A program made the translations under genes and the position numbers. From Candidatus Cloacimonadales bacterium (lineage in GTDB: Bacteria > Cloacimonadota > Cloacimonadia > Cloacimonadales > JAFGVF01), in NCBI GenBank assembly GCA_963662585.1, contig OY759729.1:608001-672000 (forward strand): a stretch of 64,000 bases of DNA, written 5' to 3'. Below are positions 18,387-26,955 of this stretch, one piece after another. How positions within the stretch are numbered: position 1 is the first letter of the stretch; every line of letters starts with the position of its first letter. The notes beneath the pieces are model-generated. The model worked only from the letters and a program-made list of their open reading frames with translations. It had not been told where the DNA came from and made no database searches.

Positions 18387-20051
18387 TTAGAAACTAGTTT
18401 CTAATCTTTCGTTTAATTCTCTAAGTCTAGCTAAACGAGATTCTACAATATTGAGAACCTTTGGTTGAGTAGTAACTTTGTTTGCTTGGTTAAGATTTTC
18501 TTCAGCTTGTCTGTAAAGTTGACTAGCTTCTTCTTTAGCTTGATCTCTTTGGTTAGCTAATGATTCTGCTTTAGAACCAGTAGCTTTAGGGATTTCAGAG
18601 TTAAATTTAGCAGCTGCTTGGAATTTCTCTAAACCTAAAGTCTGTTTAATTTGAGCAGATAATAAGAATGGAGCGTAGTTGTTAGCACTAAAAATCATAG
18701 CTTTTTCTACATTAGTAGTAGCTTTAGAATAATCTTTTTCTTCAAGATATAGATTAGCTAAACGAGTGTAAACAACACCGTTAGTATTATCGATTTTCAC
18801 AACAGCATTATATTCTTTGGTAGCTTTTTGTTTATAACTTGAAGCTGTCTTTGTTTTACCTTCTTTTTCAGCATCTTTAGCTGCAGAGAGGTACATATTA
18901 GCAAGATTTAAACGAGCATTAATATTATTTTTGTCTTTTTTAACAATAGCTTCATAATTCTCAATAGCTTGAGCAATTTGGCCAGTTTGTTGGTAAGCAG
19001 AAACTAAGTTAGAAACAACAATATCATCTTCTGGGAAGAGTTCTACAGCTTGTTCTAAGTAAGGAATAGCTTCTTGGTAGTCCTGCATATCATAAAGCAC
19101 ATTAGCATAGCGATAGATAGCATCTGCATCAGTACTATCTTTTTTAATAGCTTTAAATACAGCTTCGCCCATGCCATTGAGGTCATTAATTCTAGCATAG
19201 AGGTCAGCTAAAAGTAACCAATCATCTTTAGTATCTCTGATTTCAACAATTTTTCTAGTTGGAACAGTAGCTTCTCTATACATACCTTGTCTGAGGTAAA
19301 CTTGAGCTTGTTTGTCAAGATAATCAATATTTCCAGTAGTATCGGCATCAACTAAGTAATCGAAATAACCGAGAGCATCGTCATATTTTTCTTCTTGAAG
19401 GTTAATCAATCCAAGGTAGTAATAAGGTTCATCAAGTGAAGGATCAATTTGTTTAATATTCTCGAAAGACTCTTGAGCGACATCGTATCTTCTAGTGTTG
19501 TAAGCTTGTTTAGCAATTTCGACTAAAGTTAACATTTCAGTAGTAACGAAGTCATCGATTTTACCCATAAAATCATCATTTAAGGTAGCTAATCTAGCAT
19601 CTCTGTTTTTAACAACATTAGCTCTACCAGCTGACACATTACCAGTTCTCATTGAGAAAAGGTTATAGATTAATTTAAATTGAGGGTTTCTTATTTCTTC
19701 AATAGTCATTGTGATAACTAAGTCAGCACCTAACTCTTTTCCAATATCAAGGATTTCTTCTTTATCCAATTCATCAACTGCAATATCGCCATAATCATCA
19801 TAGACTCTAGCAACAAGGTCAGAGTCAATTAAAATAAACTCTGCTGTTTGGTCAAAAACTAACTGAAGATCTCTAACTTCCATAATTTTTTTGATATAGC
19901 CACTTTGATTATCTAATTTTTCCAGTGGAAGAATAGCTACTTTTAGAGCTCCATCCACTTTCTCAACTTTCTCCAGATCATCAAATGAACTGACATTCAT
20001 ACTACAGGCAAATAGAAATGCACTCAATATTAGTACAATGAGTTTTCTCAT
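18387..20051 (-). CDS. TPR-repeat lipoprotein with N-terminal CsgG/TolB-N-like domain
   Basis: Lipobox LFAC; VAILPL...IGKELGADLVI; multiple TPR helices. Confidence 0.75.
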   Translation of the reverse strand: MRKLIVLILSAFLFACSMNVSSFDDLEKVEKVDGALKVAILPLEKLDNQSGYIKKIMEVRDLQLVFDQTAEFILIDSDLVARVYDDYGDIAVDELDKEEILDIGKELGADLVITMTIEEIRNPQFKLIYNLFSMRTGNVSAGRANVVKNRDARLATLNDDFMGKIDDFVTTEMLTLVEIAKQAYNTRRYDVAQESFENIKQIDPSLDEPYYYLGLINLQEEKYDDALGYFDYLVDADTTGNIDYLDKQAQVYLRQGMYREATVPTRKIVEIRDTKDDWLLLADLYARINDLNGMGEAVFKAIKKDSTDADAIYRYANVLYDMQDYQEAIPYLEQAVELFPEDDIVVSNLVSAYQQTGQIAQAIENYEAIVKKDKNNINARLNLANMYLSAAKDAEKEGKTKTASSYKQKATKEYNAVVKIDNTNGVVYTRLANLYLEEKDYSKATTNVEKAMIFSANNYAPFLLSAQIKQTLGLEKFQAAAKFNSEIPKATGSKAESLANQRDQAKEEASQLYRQAEENLNQANKVTTQPKVLNIVESRLARLRELNERLETSF

Positions 20052-20133
20052 ATATCCTCCACGATAATATTCTTTTATTAAAAAAAATTTACTTTCTATT
20101 ATAAGTCAATACTTTTCTTTATTTTTTTCTAAA

Positions 20134-20880
20134 TTAGTCAATTTCGACAATGCTTCCAGAGTAGAAAGGCTGAATAATATTCTCATCTAATTCTAAGATT
20201 AAAGCCCCTTTTTTGTTTATTTTAAGGACTCTACCGCGAAATATTTGGAATTCAGTATCTAGAGAAATGAATCTACCTTTTAGGAAGTCAAATTGATTAT
20301 AGTAATTTTGATATTCTTCAAATCCATGTTCAACAAAAATAGGTAATTGTTGATATAATTTGTCTAAAAATGCTTTCATTAAGAAAGAGTTGTTTATTTC
20401 GATATTGAGATAGTCTTTTAAGGAAACAGCAATATTGGAAAGTTCCAGAGGCATTTCTGAGATATTGGTATCTAGCCCAATGCCACAGATAAGATATTTT
20501 GCCCAAGAATAGTAGGAAGTTAGAATTCCGCATACTTTTCTATTTTCTAGCATGATATCATTGGGCCATTTAATTTTCAAGACATTTTTAAGTGAGGGGT
20601 AGATTTCTGTGATAGTTTGATGAATCAACACTGCCATTAGAAGGGTAATAGAGCTATCTTGAATAACATTATATAATCCGAGACTAAACCAAAGTCCTCC
20701 TTGAGGTGAGTGCCACAAGTTTTTCTTCCTCCCACTTCCAGCAGATTGTTCATCAGCGATAATGAGAAAATTACCTTTGATCATATTATCTTTGATTAAA
20801 GAAAGGGCGTAAGCAGAAGTGCTGTTCAGTTTATTCTTTTGAATTATCTCATCAAATAATGGATGTTCATCAATTATCAC
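20134..20880 (-). CDS. birA: Biotin--protein ligase (group I, no HTH)
   Basis: QSAGSGR...WHSP, KWPND, KVCGIL and GIGL motifs. Confidence 0.93.
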   Translation of the reverse strand: MIIDEHPLFDEIIQKNKLNSTSAYALSLIKDNMIKGNFLIIADEQSAGSGRKKNLWHSPQGGLWFSLGLYNVIQDSSITLLMAVLIHQTITEIYPSLKNVLKIKWPNDIMLENRKVCGILTSYYSWAKYLICGIGLDTNISEMPLELSNIAVSLKDYLNIEINNSFLMKAFLDKLYQQLPIFVEHGFEEYQNYYNQFDFLKGRFISLDTEFQIFRGRVLKINKKGALILELDENIIQPFYSGSIVEID

Positions 20881-20888
20881 AATATCTC

Positions 20889-21929
20889 CTAAGTTATTAG
20901 CATTGCATCACCATAGCTAAAGAATCTATATTTTTCAGCTACAGCAATTTTGTAGGCGTTCATAACATTCTCATAACCAGCAAAGGCTGAGATCATCATT
21001 ATTAGTGTTGATTCTGGCATGTGGAAATTAGTAATCATAGCATCAATAATCTGGAAATCTTTCCCTGGATAGATAAAGATACTTGTCCATTTATCACCAA
21101 ATTCAACTCTATTATCTTTAGCAAAACTTTCTAAGGTGCGAGTAGAAGTAGTTCCAACAGCTATTACTCTTCGTCCTTCTTCTTTTGCTTTATTAATTAT
21201 ATTAGCACTTTCTTGGCTAATACTGCAATATTCTGAGTGCATTTTATGTTCTTCAATATTGTCTGTTTTCACTGGTCTAAAAGTACCTAAGCCTACATGA
21301 AGCAGAACTTCAGTAATTTCAACACCCTTGTTCTTGAGGGCTTCAAATAACTCATCAGTGAAGTGTAATCCCGCTGTTGGGGCTGCTACAGAACCTTTAA
21401 TCTTTGCATAGATAGTTTGATAAGTAGCACTATCTGATTCCTCGGCTTCTCTTTTAATATAAGGAGGAAGTGGGATGTTTCCAGCTTCACTTAAAGCTGA
21501 CCAAAAGTTACCTTCATAGTCAAACTCAATGAGTCTACTTCCTTCTGTAGAAATATCTTTAACAATTCCTGAAAATTTATCATTGACTGTTATTTTTGTT
21601 CCAACAGGACATTTTCTACCAGGTCTAACTAAGCATCTCCAAGTATCATTTACTACATGACTTAGTAAGAAAACTTCAATCTTTGCTCCAGTATCTCTAT
21701 TCCCAATTAAGCGAGCAGGAATAACCTTAGTTGAATTAACAACCAGAAGATCACCTTTTTCAAAATAATCAATTATCCTGGAGAATTGACTATGGCTTAC
21801 TTGCCCATTTTCTTTATTCAATGTTAAAAGTCTAGAACTACTACGCTGACTCAAAGGGTATTGAGCAATTAATTCTTCCGGTAAATCATAATGATAAGAA
21901 CTTTTTTTTAATAAATCTATTTCACTCAT
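20889..21929 (-). CDS. queA: S-adenosylmethionine:tRNA ribosyltransferase-isomerase
   Basis: LPEELIAQYP, PLPPYI, GSVAAPTAGLHF and YRFFSYGDAM motifs. Confidence 0.98.
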   Translation of the reverse strand: MSEIDLLKKSSYHYDLPEELIAQYPLSQRSSSRLLTLNKENGQVSHSQFSRIIDYFEKGDLLVVNSTKVIPARLIGNRDTGAKIEVFLLSHVVNDTWRCLVRPGRKCPVGTKITVNDKFSGIVKDISTEGSRLIEFDYEGNFWSALSEAGNIPLPPYIKREAEESDSATYQTIYAKIKGSVAAPTAGLHFTDELFEALKNKGVEITEVLLHVGLGTFRPVKTDNIEEHKMHSEYCSISQESANIINKAKEEGRRVIAVGTTSTRTLESFAKDNRVEFGDKWTSIFIYPGKDFQIIDAMITNFHMPESTLIMMISAFAGYENVMNAYKIAVAEKYRFFSYGDAMLIT

Positions 21930-21934
21930 AATAA

Positions 21935-22687
21935 CTATAATTTTCCACCTGTTATATAAATTTCTTCTCCTGAAATTAAGCGATTATCTTCCGATAAGAG
22001 AAATTCGCAACTTGTTAAGATATCACGAGCTTCAACCAATTTTTGCAAAGGTGTTTCTTGCAATTCCTTTTCAAAGTACTTTTTTCTAAACTCTTGATAA
22101 TCTTGGGTAAAGTGCGATTGATCTGCCTTAACCGGTCCAGGAGATAAAATATTAATTATGATATTATCTTTGCCGTATTCTAAGGCGACAGTACGGGCTA
22201 GATTAGCCAGAGCACCTTTAGATACAGCATAAGCAGAACCATTCTTCAAACCAGTCCTGCTAATATTCGATCCAATAATAACAATCCTTCCCCCTTTAAC
22301 TTGCTGATAATAGGGCAAGACATTATAAAGAAGGTTATAAGAAGAAAAGATATTCATTTCAACTACAGAATACCACTTTTGGGGATCTGTTTCAGTTAAG
22401 GGAAGAAAATCACTACTTCTTAAAGCTGGGGTATGAATTAGCTGAGCTGGAATAAAAGTAAATCTCTGTAGAAAATCAGTAAAGACTTCTTTTACTTCTG
22501 CATGATTAGTTAAATCACACTCTTTAACTACCAGCTTATTCGGATATTTAGTTATTAGCGAACTAATTCTATCTCTATGATTATGAATTAAAGCAAGAAC
22601 AAAATAATCTTTAATAAGATATTCTTCAGTAAGAAAAGACCCAATAGCACCATTAGCGCCCGTTATTATTATTGCTTTTTCTTCCAT
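21935..22687 (-). CDS. Short-chain dehydrogenase/reductase
   Basis: TGANGAIG and YAVSK (YxxxK) motifs. Confidence 0.9.
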   Translation of the reverse strand: MEEKAIIITGANGAIGSFLTEEYLIKDYFVLALIHNHRDRISSLITKYPNKLVVKECDLTNHAEVKEVFTDFLQRFTFIPAQLIHTPALRSSDFLPLTETDPQKWYSVVEMNIFSSYNLLYNVLPYYQQVKGGRIVIIGSNISRTGLKNGSAYAVSKGALANLARTVALEYGKDNIIINILSPGPVKADQSHFTQDYQEFRKKYFEKELQETPLQKLVEARDILTSCEFLLSEDNRLISGEEIYITGGKL

Positions 22688-22723
22688 AGTTCTACCCTTA
22701 GTTTATAAGACAATTTATCTTCA

Positions 22724-23908
22724 TTAATATTTATTTACATCTTTTTTTATTGCTTCTATTGTGTCAACAATCTTGTGAGCTAATTCAAATTTGGAGCCTT
22801 TAAACTCTTCTACTGAATGGGAAGTTATCAAATAGGCAGTACTTTGATTGCTTTGAGCCACAGAAATATTATTAGCTACAATTAAATCTAAGTTCTTCTT
22901 TTTTAGTTTTGCTTGCGCATTTTCGATAAGGTTCTCAGATTCTGCTGCAAAACCAACTAAAATTTGCCCTGATTTCTTATGTTCTCCTAGATATTTTAAG
23001 ATATCTTGGGTTCTTTTTAATTGCAGATTCATCTCTTGGCTTTTTTTGATTTTCTGTTCTCTTTTAATTGCAGGTGTATAGTCTGCTACAGCAGCACAAG
23101 AAATAATCACATCAGCCCATTGATACTCTTCTTTCACCTGCATGAACATCTCCTCAGCTGATAAAGTTTGGTGAACATTTTCTAAATAATAAGGAAGGAC
23201 TTGGCTAATTCTGCTATGAATAACAGTCACTTCACTATTTCTTAGATAGCTAGCCCTAGCTAAGGCAATACCCATTTTACCTGAAGAGTGGTTGGTGATG
23301 AAACGCATGGGATCTATATCTTCTTGAGAAGCTCCCATGGTAATTAAATACTTACTATTGAGAGTCTTACTATATTGAAGATAGGTAATTATTGCTGGAA
23401 TAACTTCTTCATTAGGAGGATACTTGCCTCTTCCTTCATAACCACAGGCAAGCATTCCTTTTTCAGGTATCAGAAGATTAATCCCTCGAATTTTAAGAGT
23501 TTCAATATTTGCTTGAACAGCAGGATTATGATACATATTAACATTCATAGCTGGGACAATAACAATTGGTTTGTGAAAAGCTAACGCAGTCGATGTTGCT
23601 AAATCATCGCCAATCCCATTAGCCAATTTACCAATTATATTAGCAGTAGCAGGGGCTACCACCATTATATCAGCCCAATCAGCTAAAGTAATATGAGCTA
23701 TTGGCTCTGCTAAATCAAACTGGTCAGTGTAAGTAGCTTCACCAGTGATAGCTCGAAAGTTAATCTCACTAATAAACTCTAAAGCACTCTTAGTTAAGAT
23801 AGTTCTTACTCTTACTCCTAACTTTTTTAACCTGCTGGCTAAATCTATTGCTTTATAAGCAGCTATTCCACCTGAAACAACTAATACTATCTTTTTATCT
23901 TTTAACAT
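22724..23908 (-). CDS. coaBC: Phosphopantothenoylcysteine decarboxylase/ligase CoaBC
   Basis: GGIAAYK, APATAN, PAMN, IDPMRFITNHSSGKMG and GFAAES motifs. Confidence 0.97.
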   Translation of the reverse strand: MLKDKKIVLVVSGGIAAYKAIDLASRLKKLGVRVRTILTKSALEFISEINFRAITGEATYTDQFDLAEPIAHITLADWADIMVVAPATANIIGKLANGIGDDLATSTALAFHKPIVIVPAMNVNMYHNPAVQANIETLKIRGINLLIPEKGMLACGYEGRGKYPPNEEVIPAIITYLQYSKTLNSKYLITMGASQEDIDPMRFITNHSSGKMGIALARASYLRNSEVTVIHSRISQVLPYYLENVHQTLSAEEMFMQVKEEYQWADVIISCAAVADYTPAIKREQKIKKSQEMNLQLKRTQDILKYLGEHKKSGQILVGFAAESENLIENAQAKLKKKNLDLIVANNISVAQSNQSTAYLITSHSVEEFKGSKFELAHKIVDTIEAIKKDVNKY

Positions 23909-24112
23909 TTTATCTTACCTTTTTATTTAGTATCTTAAGTAATTATTATTTGTTATTTAGATGTCAAGAAAATTGTAGCTTTTGTTTGATTTCATGAAAG
24001 GAGAATGTTCAAATTATTATATTAAGTTAAGTACACTCTCATTCTTCATAATAAAAACAAGGATAGATTATATTAACTTTTTTAATACATATTCTGAATA
24101 TAATTTTCTTCT

Positions 24113-24856
24113 ATCCCTGAAATGGGATAAGTAGATTAGCCTGGGCGTTGTATCCTGGAAGGATTAACCCCAGGTAAAGAATCCCCACCCATGAAAGTGT
24201 TTCCCTGTAAGGGATTAATACAAATCAATCCCATAAATATTTTTCATTATATTCTATATTATTCTTTTTAATAAACAGCATGAATTCTTCCTTAAAAGTC
24301 ATTTTCTCGTGATGTGCTTCCTGCTTTTTAATGTAATTAATGGTTTTATTCTTTTGTGCTTCTCCAACTGAAAATGCACCATAACCAACTTGCCAATAGA
24401 AATTTGAAAATTCATCTCCTTTTGTTTTTATCCATTTCGATGTGTTCTTTTTTATAACACTCACAATATCCTTTAAGCATACATTTTTGGATAAATTTAG
24501 GAAAATGTGAATATGATCAGAGTATCCTCCAATTTCAATCGGGTATGAATCATGATTTGTAATAATTTTAGCAACATATGCATATAATTGTGTTCGGATA
24601 TCATCATTTTTTAAAAATATCATTCTATTTTTTGTTGAAAATACAATATGCATATATATCATTGATAATGACTGTGACATAATAACTCCTACTTATATTT
24701 TATCATTATATTAAATATATATTTTAGTTATTTTGTCAAATTAATTTTCTATAAATCCCTTTCAGGGATAGGAATGGTGATGGGGATATATCATTCCTGG
24801 GGTTAATCCTTCCAGGATACAACGCCCAGGCTAATCTACTTATCCCTTTCAGGGAT
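24113..24856. mobile_element. RAYT/IS200-like element: solo Y1 tnpA between inverted REP-like units
   Basis: 24113-24174 and 24796-24856 form a ~61-bp near-perfect inverted repeat. Extra TCCCTGAAAGGGA-type hairpins lie at 24202-24214 and 24755-24769. No tnpB. Confidence 0.85.
24225..24680 (-). CDS. tnpA: IS200/IS605-family HUH Y1 transposase (REP-associated tyrosine transposase type)
   Basis: HIVFSTKNR, HUH motif DHIH, WQVGYGAFSV and catalytic Tyr in NYIKKQ. Confidence 0.93.
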   Translation of the reverse strand: MSQSLSMIYMHIVFSTKNRMIFLKNDDIRTQLYAYVAKIITNHDSYPIEIGGYSDHIHIFLNLSKNVCLKDIVSVIKKNTSKWIKTKGDEFSNFYWQVGYGAFSVGEAQKNKTINYIKKQEAHHEKMTFKEEFMLFIKKNNIEYNEKYLWD

Positions 24857-24934
24857 TGTCTTCTGCTAGTGATGTTGAACAGTCTCTCAATTAGTTAGCT
24901 TGAAAAGAATTTACACCCACAATTTGCTATGATA

Positions 24935-25072
24935 TTATTTCATAAGCACCATTTTGTGAGTTGGAAACTTTCCCTCAACTTGAATTTTTATAAAATAAAT
25001 ACAAGAAGAAGCTGTAGCACCAACCGAGTTTTTACCTTCCCACACATAACTATGATAACCTCTATTTAACAA
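24935..25072 (-). pseudogene. Orphan 3' fragment of a FlgD-Ig/T9SS-like C-terminal sorting domain
   Basis: Manual translation LLNRGYHSYVWEGKNSVGATASSCIYFIKIQVEGKFPTHKMVLMK* aligns with the C terminus of 29862..32798 (GRHTLVWNGKD...ASGIYLYKI...KKMILMK*). In-frame stops lie directly upstream. Confidence 0.8.
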
Positions 25073-25101
25073 TCATTATATGTTTGAAACATTTATTCCC
25101 A

Positions 25102-26418
25102 TTATTGCAATTCAGATATTTCTATAGTCAGAAAGCCCATTTTATTTAGACTTTCTTGAGCAAACTGACATCTTTTATTTCCTTTGGAATCTGTAACTAA
25201 AGGCAGTGAAATATTTTCTGGAATAAAGACGAAAGTATTGCTTGATTGATAGGATTCTTTCCAAGTATTAGCTAATTTTTCGGCAATTTGCTGAGCTTGT
25301 GAAAAGAGATGATTTTTATTGGAAGAATGCGAGTAAAGCTCAGTAATATCATCCTGTTTTTGACCAAGTACTCTTAATACTGCTGAGTTTATCTCTTGGC
25401 TAGTCCAGGGAATATATTCTGTAGAGGGAATAAGAAAATAGTTAGTAAGATTACTTGTTAGATAAGTTATAAAATCTTGTTTTTTTTCTTTAGGTAATGA
25501 AAGTTGCAATTGTAAATCACTGGAAGTAAATTTCAGATTCCTTTCTAGAGAATAGTCATCAATAATTTTTTCAATTTTATTATGATTTTCCTTATCAATT
25601 TTACATGGGTAAAGATTTGTTAAATCAAGTTCTATCTTATCTGCTATCTTCAAGCTATTGCTAATCAATTGATGAGAAAAGTGAAACATGGAAGCCATTT
25701 CTACAGGACTTTTAAAATAATATTCATTACAGGCAAAGCGTTTAGCTTCTGAATGGGTAAAATCCAAATCACTCCGAATTGAGTTTAAAGCATCAATTGC
25801 TATCGAATCACTTGCTTGCAGATAATGGCAATCATTGGCAGCTACAAGAGGAATTTTGCTTTGACCAGCAAGATCTAATAATTTATTCATGGCAATAGCT
25901 TCTTTGGGTAAGCCATGGTTGTGAATCTCATAATAATAATCTTCTCCAAAGATACCCGCATACCAATTCGAAACTTGCAAGGCTTCCTCTTCCCTATCTT
26001 CTAACAAAAGAGTACATAGTTCACCAACCACACTAAAAGACAAACAGATTAGTCCATGAGAATGCTTTTGTAACTGACTCTTTGTAATTTTTGGTTTTTG
26101 AGTATCATACTCATAAGCCAAAGTTATTAATCTATTCAGATTATTAAATCCAGCGAAGTCCTTAGCTAAGAGTATCACAGAAAAAGCTCTTCCATCAGAA
26201 ATATCATTTAAAACTTCAATCTCTAAACCAATTATAGCTTTAATCCCCAGCTTTTTGGCTTTTTCACTAAAATGGAAAGCTCCTGCAATGCTGTTACGAT
26301 CGGTTATAGCGACTGCTGGCATCTCGTGTTTTACAGCTAAATCTAACAATTTTTCAGTATAACAAGCTCCATCTAGCCAAGAATACTCGCTATGAACATG
26401 TAAATGAACAAAACTCAT
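25102..26418 (-). CDS. DnaE-derived protein: PHP domain plus degenerate palm/thumb, no fingers or OB domain
   Basis: HLHVHSEYSWLDG, AITD, IIGLE, YYEIHNHG, NDCHY and YFKSPVEM are DnaE PHP motifs. The C-terminal half resembles the DnaE palm without the catalytic Asp residues. Confidence 0.8.
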   Translation of the reverse strand: MSFVHLHVHSEYSWLDGACYTEKLLDLAVKHEMPAVAITDRNSIAGAFHFSEKAKKLGIKAIIGLEIEVLNDISDGRAFSVILLAKDFAGFNNLNRLITLAYEYDTQKPKITKSQLQKHSHGLICLSFSVVGELCTLLLEDREEEALQVSNWYAGIFGEDYYYEIHNHGLPKEAIAMNKLLDLAGQSKIPLVAANDCHYLQASDSIAIDALNSIRSDLDFTHSEAKRFACNEYYFKSPVEMASMFHFSHQLISNSLKIADKIELDLTNLYPCKIDKENHNKIEKIIDDYSLERNLKFTSSDLQLQLSLPKEKKQDFITYLTSNLTNYFLIPSTEYIPWTSQEINSAVLRVLGQKQDDITELYSHSSNKNHLFSQAQQIAEKLANTWKESYQSSNTFVFIPENISLPLVTDSKGNKRCQFAQESLNKMGFLTIEISELQ

Positions 26419-26464
26419 AATTATTCTCCTCTATGAGAAATTTACTTTTATTTTTTTTTACCTC

Positions 26465-26487
26465 AATGATTATCATTAATTTGTCAA
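26465..26487 (-). promoter_or_regulatory. Fur-box-like palindrome AATGATAATCATT just downstream of a TTGACA -35 element
   Basis: 13-bp core 26465-26477 matches the centre of the Fur consensus; TTGACA at 26482-26487 on the minus strand. Confidence 0.4.
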
Positions 26488-26757
26488 TATTATTATTTAA
26501 ATGCTTATGAAAAGGCATTCCATTTTTTTTTGATAAGAGGGTTGAAGCAAAGGGATCTCATCCGATACTCTATAGCCTTTACTTTATTTTCCATTTCTCT
26601 CATCTTCCCTTGCTCCTTCTCACTCAACACATAGATTATTTGAATTTTATTCGAGATGAGTGAGAGTAAGCATTGATAGATCATTAAGAAAGGAAGGAAA
26701 ATACAATAACTACACAATAGCTTTATTTTGTTATACTAAACTAACATCATCTTGCGA

Positions 26758-26783
26758 CCTTATAGAATATATATTCTATAAGG
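26758..26783. repeat. Perfect 26-bp palindrome CCTTATAGAATATATATTCTATAAGG
   Basis: Self-complementary over all 26 bp; intergenic. Confidence 0.9.
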
Positions 26784-26879
26784 CAAAAGTTTTTGAATTA
26801 ATTTCCGTAAACTGGACCAATTTAAAAAAAAGTGGGCCCTATAATATAATGAGGGGAGAAAAAAATGAGAAGTAATAAA

Positions 26880-26922
26880 GCAACCCAGAAAAGTAAGCAA
26901 AAATATGACTTTTCCAGGTTAC
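26880..26922 (-). terminator. Probable terminator of the NADH oxidase operon
   Basis: Minus-strand stem gtaacctggaaaagt/acttttctgggttgc with G-U pairs, followed by a U-rich tract. Confidence 0.55.
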
Positions 26923-26955
26923 TTGTTTTATCTGAGATGTAAGAATTGCTAAGTG

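Noticed and set aside
25102..26418. Split or frameshifted replicative dnaE (intein or recoding)
   Set aside because: No downstream DnaE continuation or intein motif follows the stop; the next sequence is a CTD remnant and the RAYT element.
26505..26875. ORFs 26505..26717 (-) and 26660..26875 (+)
   Set aside because: They overlap each other, have no convincing RBS at the called starts and no recognisable motif. A faint sigma region 4 resemblance was too weak to support.
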